A stretch of 64,000 nt of DNA from Eledone cirrhosa (taxonomy: Eukaryota), in the NCBI GenBank assembly GCA_964016885.1, contig OZ024741.1:356252001-356316000 (forward strand), in the 5' to 3' direction. A program made the translations under genes and the position numbers. Shown in pieces: positions 62,630-64,000 of this stretch. Under the pieces are notes generated by a model. The model had not been told where the DNA came from. It worked only from the letters and a program-made list of their open reading frames with translations, and did no database searches. Every line of letters starts with the position of its first letter. Position 1 is the first letter of the stretch.

Positions 62630-63935
62630 CAGGGTGCGGACGATATGTGTTCGCAGGATTACTGTCTAGGAAAAAGTAATACAGTAGTTTTATTTTTTAA
62701 GATATATTTATCAAACTTGGGTCAGTTTGTCTGCAAGACTTGTTCTTTCGATCTCACTCGATAAACCCGCCATTGGCTTTGATGACGGCCTCAAGGCGGC
62801 CTCGGAACCGGCTACAGGCCTTCGTCACTGTCTCCCGACTTAGGCCCCTAAAAGCACTTGTGATCCTGGCCTTCAGATCGTCTTTCGTATTGCAGCTAGA
62901 TCTGTTGGTGTCTCGTTCCACTGCGCCCCACACAAAGAAGTCGAGAGGGTTGCAGTCAGGCGAGCTGGGAGGCCAGATGTCAGGTGAAGTGTGGTCGACG
63001 AAGTTCTCTGACAGCCAGGATTGGGTCTTTCGGCTGGTATGGCAGGGCGCTGAGTCTTGCTGCCACACGTACGCCCTACCTGCAGCTACCTGGTGGATCC
63101 AGGGCTTTACTACCTCGCTCAGAACGCGGATGTAGCCATCGGTGTTCAGCTTGAGGCCCTCGGGGTAGAAGTTAGGTGGCATGACGTCACCTTGACTGCT
63201 GACGACACCTAAGACCAATGTTGTCGCTTGAAACTTTTTCTGCATGACTCTGAGCACGTCTTTGGATGAGACAGCGAGCCACCTGTTGTTCAGGGAGTTG
63301 ATCTTCTGGTCTTGGCAAAAGTTTTTTTCGTCAGAGAAAAACCACAGCATGTCTGGCCCTAGTGGGTGTTTCAACGTGTTTATCAGCTTCTTTGCGTGCT
63401 TCAGTCGCTTTTCTTGCATCGCCTTTGACAGAAATTGTCCTTTCCTCATCTTGTATGAAACGTAGCGAATGTCTTCATGTACCACCAGCCTAATGAGCTT
63501 TTCATCCACGCCTTTCTCCCTTGCAATGACACGCATCAACTTGTTAGGTTCATTGTTGATGATATCTTGAACTTCAGCGGCGAACTCGGACGTTCTGAAG
63601 GCGTCAGATCGTCGATCATGTGTTTTCCTCTCTGATGTTGCTTCGTAGTAGAATCCTGAATCTTCCAATTCCTTTCTGACTTTTTCAACCATTCTCCTGC
63701 TGACGCTGAGAAAGTCTGAAATTTCCTTATTTGTCCTCAAGACGCGGAATCCAAGAAGAACTCCATGTCTCTTCCACAAATTTGGAGGTTCAAAATTATT
63801 CATAATCAATTATTCTGAAAATAAATAATGGAAATATAGTCACTGTTTTTATGATGACAAGAGTGACAACGGAAGTTTAAAAATTTGCATAAAATTAGCA
63901 GTTGAAAATTGCAAACAAATATCGTCCACACCCTG
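62630..63935 (-). mobile_element. Tc1/mariner superfamily DD37D (maT) transposon
   Basis: Imperfect ~26-bp TIRs cagggtgcggacgatatgtgttcgca / tgcaaacaaatatcgtccacaccctg, with TA on the left flank. Confidence 0.92.
62754..63809 (-). CDS. DD37D transposase, uninterrupted 351-aa ORF
   Basis: Motifs FSDEKNF, QQDSAPCH, WPPSSPDCNPLD; 37 residues counted between the 2nd and 3rd Asp. Confidence 0.9.
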   Translation of the reverse strand: MIMNNFEPPNLWKRHGVLLGFRVLRTNKEISDFLSVSRRMVEKVRKELEDSGFYYEATSERKTHDRRSDAFRTSEFAAEVQDIINNEPNKLMRVIAREKGVDEKLIRLVVHEDIRYVSYKMRKGQFLSKAMQEKRLKHAKKLINTLKHPLGPDMLWFFSDEKNFCQDQKINSLNNRWLAVSSKDVLRVMQKKFQATTLVLGVVSSQGDVMPPNFYPEGLKLNTDGYIRVLSEVVKPWIHQVAAGRAYVWQQDSAPCHTSRKTQSWLSENFVDHTSPDIWPPSSPDCNPLDFFVWGAVERDTNRSSCNTKDDLKARITSAFRGLSRETVTKACSRFRGRLEAVIKANGGFIE

Positions 63936-64000
63936 TGTATATATATATATATATATAATATACACACACATATATATTATCATCATCATCATTGTTTTAA

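Noticed and set aside
62740-63465. Plus-strand ORFs 62740-63135 and 63244-63465
   Set aside because: Antisense shadows of the transposase ORF.

Overview
Eukaryotic, very AT-rich genomic DNA full of (AT)n microsatellites. It most likely comes from an octopus or other coleoid cephalopod; this is inferred from the '[12 protein letters not shown]' C2H2 zinc-finger gene style, the SINE family and the (AT)n density. Nearly all long 'YIYI' ORFs in the track are microsatellite artefacts. There are two real genes: (1) an SLC22-family MFS transporter on +, with eight exons reconstructed from 11014 to 49183 (453 codons, one GC-AG intron, 5' exon(s) not found in the window), and (2) a 14-finger C2H2 ZNF gene on - (60055-61374) with a tandemly duplicated pseudogene copy. 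Mobile DNA includes a deleted CR1-type LINE, an R4/Dong-like RLE fragment, RTE and Tx1-like fragments, a Penelope-like element (PLE) with ~970-bp inverted arms, an intact-ORF DD37D (maT) transposon, a hAT/Charlie relic, hAT MITEs, two non-autonomous Helitrons and many SINEs. The most striking feature is invisible in the ORF track: more than a dozen type I hammerhead ribozyme motifs from several unrelated sequence families. They sit in short (AT)n-flanked, often self-inverted modules that look like PLE pLTRs or retrozymes, mostly within the SLC22 introns and flanks. They include a 556-bp tandem repeat with one hammerhead per unit, a U3-A8 core variant, and inversions whose junctions fall on the ribozyme core. 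All structures were folded by eye and need computational confirmation.
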